A DNA stretch of 64,000 bases from an uncultured virus (IMG/VR IMGVR_UViG_3300017971_000268) (taxonomy: Duplodnaviria; Heunggongvirae; Uroviricota; Caudoviricetes), in IMG/VR virus record IMGVR_UViG_3300017971_000268. The stretch is one strand, 5' to 3'. The notes under the pieces are model-generated. The model was not told where the DNA came from. It worked only from the letters and a program-made list of their open reading frames with translations, and searched no databases. Both the position numbers and the translations under genes were made by a program. Positions 63,123-64,000 of this stretch are shown piece by piece (positions within the stretch are counted from its first letter, which is position 1; every line of letters begins with the position of its first letter).

Positions 63123-63175
63123 ACCTCCTTGAAATATTACCTGTTTTGGTTTTATTTAAATACACATTAAAGCTC
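63123..63175 (-). repeat. 53-bp 5' leader repeat, copy 2
   Basis: See copy 1. Confidence 0.8.
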
Positions 63176-63215
63176 TGAAACTTTTATCTACCTATAGTAT
63201 CGACACCTCTACCAT

Positions 63216-63255
63216 TTTACTTTAGTACTTTTTTGTTTACTTTAATACTTTTTTG
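63216..63255. repeat. 2 x 20-bp AT-rich direct repeat
   Basis: TTTACTTTAGTACTTTTTTG / TTTACTTTAATACTTTTTTG. Confidence 0.8.
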
Positions 63256-63332
63256 TGACCAACAATATATTTATATAAACATAAAACTACTATGTGTACA
63301 TAACCCCTATTTTTGACATTTGCGAATAACGA

Positions 63333-63387
63333 CGCCTAAACCTTCGCCTAAACCTTCGCCTAAACCTTCGCCTAAACCTTCGCCTAA
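63333..63387. repeat. 12-bp tandem repeat, about 4.5 copies
   Basis: (CGCCTAAACCTT)4 CGCCTAA. Confidence 0.95.
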
Positions 63388-63499
63388 GATTGGCGGAAAA
63401 ATGTGCGGAAGTGGCCAAATTTCCGTGCCAAAAAATTTTTTTCACAGTTGCGACTACCGACCTCATTGCCGAATAACGACCGCAAAAGTTTTTGCTGAA

Positions 63500-63527
63500 G
63501 TCTTTGCCCAAAATTTTGGGCAAAGAC
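63500..63527. repeat. perfect 28-bp palindrome
   Basis: GTCTTTGCCCAAAA|TTTTGGGCAAAGAC. Confidence 0.95.
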
Positions 63528-63797
63528 ATTTGCGACTAACTACCCTAAATTAAACAACTACTTTTGCGACTAACTATCCTTTTGCGACTAACTATCGCCA
63601 AGATTTTGGCGAAGGTCCTTTGCTGAAGTTTGGTTAGGTCGTTAGTCGCTGTTGTGTCGTTACTCGAAATATTTACAATGCCGACTAACTACCTCATTAG
63701 CGACTAACTACCTAGCACCAAATTGACTGCTGTTATTTTACATTTGCGACTAACTACCACATTTGCGACTAACTACCACATTTGCGACTAACTACCA
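63527..63797. repeat. iteron-like array of GCGACTAACTA
   Basis: Exact copies at 63532, 63566, 63584, 63700, 63746, 63765, 63784; (CATTTGCGACTAACTACCA)3 at 63741-63797. Confidence 0.92.
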
Positions 63798-64000
63798 AAC
63801 ATGAAAAAAACAGAACAGGTTTTTGATTTCTTAGGTGTTTTATTGTTTGGGCGTGCCTCTTGCCCCGATTCGCACCCTCGTTATAGCTGCAAAACTATTG
63901 ACTAATATGTATATATAGGAGTGTATCCTTTTATATACAGAATATTATTTAAATCCTGAAACTCTATTGAGAACAATTTCAGAGCTTAAATAGGCTTCTG

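Noticed and set aside
63290..63553. ORFs with PKPS or RRRF repeats
   Set aside because: Translation of the 12-bp DNA repeat; no RBS
63333..63797. CRISPR array
   Set aside because: Repeats are 11-19 bp, tandem or irregularly spaced, with no unique 30-40 bp spacers and no cas genes
1..64000. Genome-wide stop-codon reassignment (code 4 or 15)
   Set aside because: Long genes are intact in code 11, TGG encodes Trp, and TGA/TAG end many tightly packed genes; only isolated in-frame stops were found
1..64000. tRNA, rRNA, group I/II introns, reverse transcriptase
   Set aside because: No cloverleaf, intron-split gene or RT motif recognised by eye; a covariance-model scan would be needed to exclude them

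Overview
AT-rich 64 kb segment of a large, probably jumbo, tailed-phage genome. The host is unidentified; the B12-dependent RNR and lipoproteins suggest a bacterium, possibly anaerobic. Bases 1-45442 are a mostly + strand replication, recombination and packaging arm: SbcC, HNH-dUTPase, class II RNR with 4 inteins, SSB, RuvC, Dam, UDG-PolA with 3 inteins, beta clamp, RecA, DnaC-like, DnaB with intein, primase, TubZ/PhuZ, SF2 helicase, sigma factor and TerL with intein (9 inteins in 4 genes). Bases 45429-63117 are a converging - strand arm of small early-type genes, preceded by an iteron- and palindrome-rich non-coding region (about 63216-63800). Best leads: (1) a candidate phage selenoprotein with an in-frame UGA in a CxxU motif and a SECIS-like hairpin; (2) a candidate ~160-nt sRNA whose hairpin loop is complementary to an extended RBS (UUAGCAGGAGG) shared by four phage genes; (3) an acyl-carrier-protein mimic with Ser->Asp at the phosphopantetheine site, plus other pseudo-enzymes; (4) an RHH-TubZ operon tied to a repeated operator; (5) a Thr-initiated intein. 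All family calls come from reading motifs; no database search was run.
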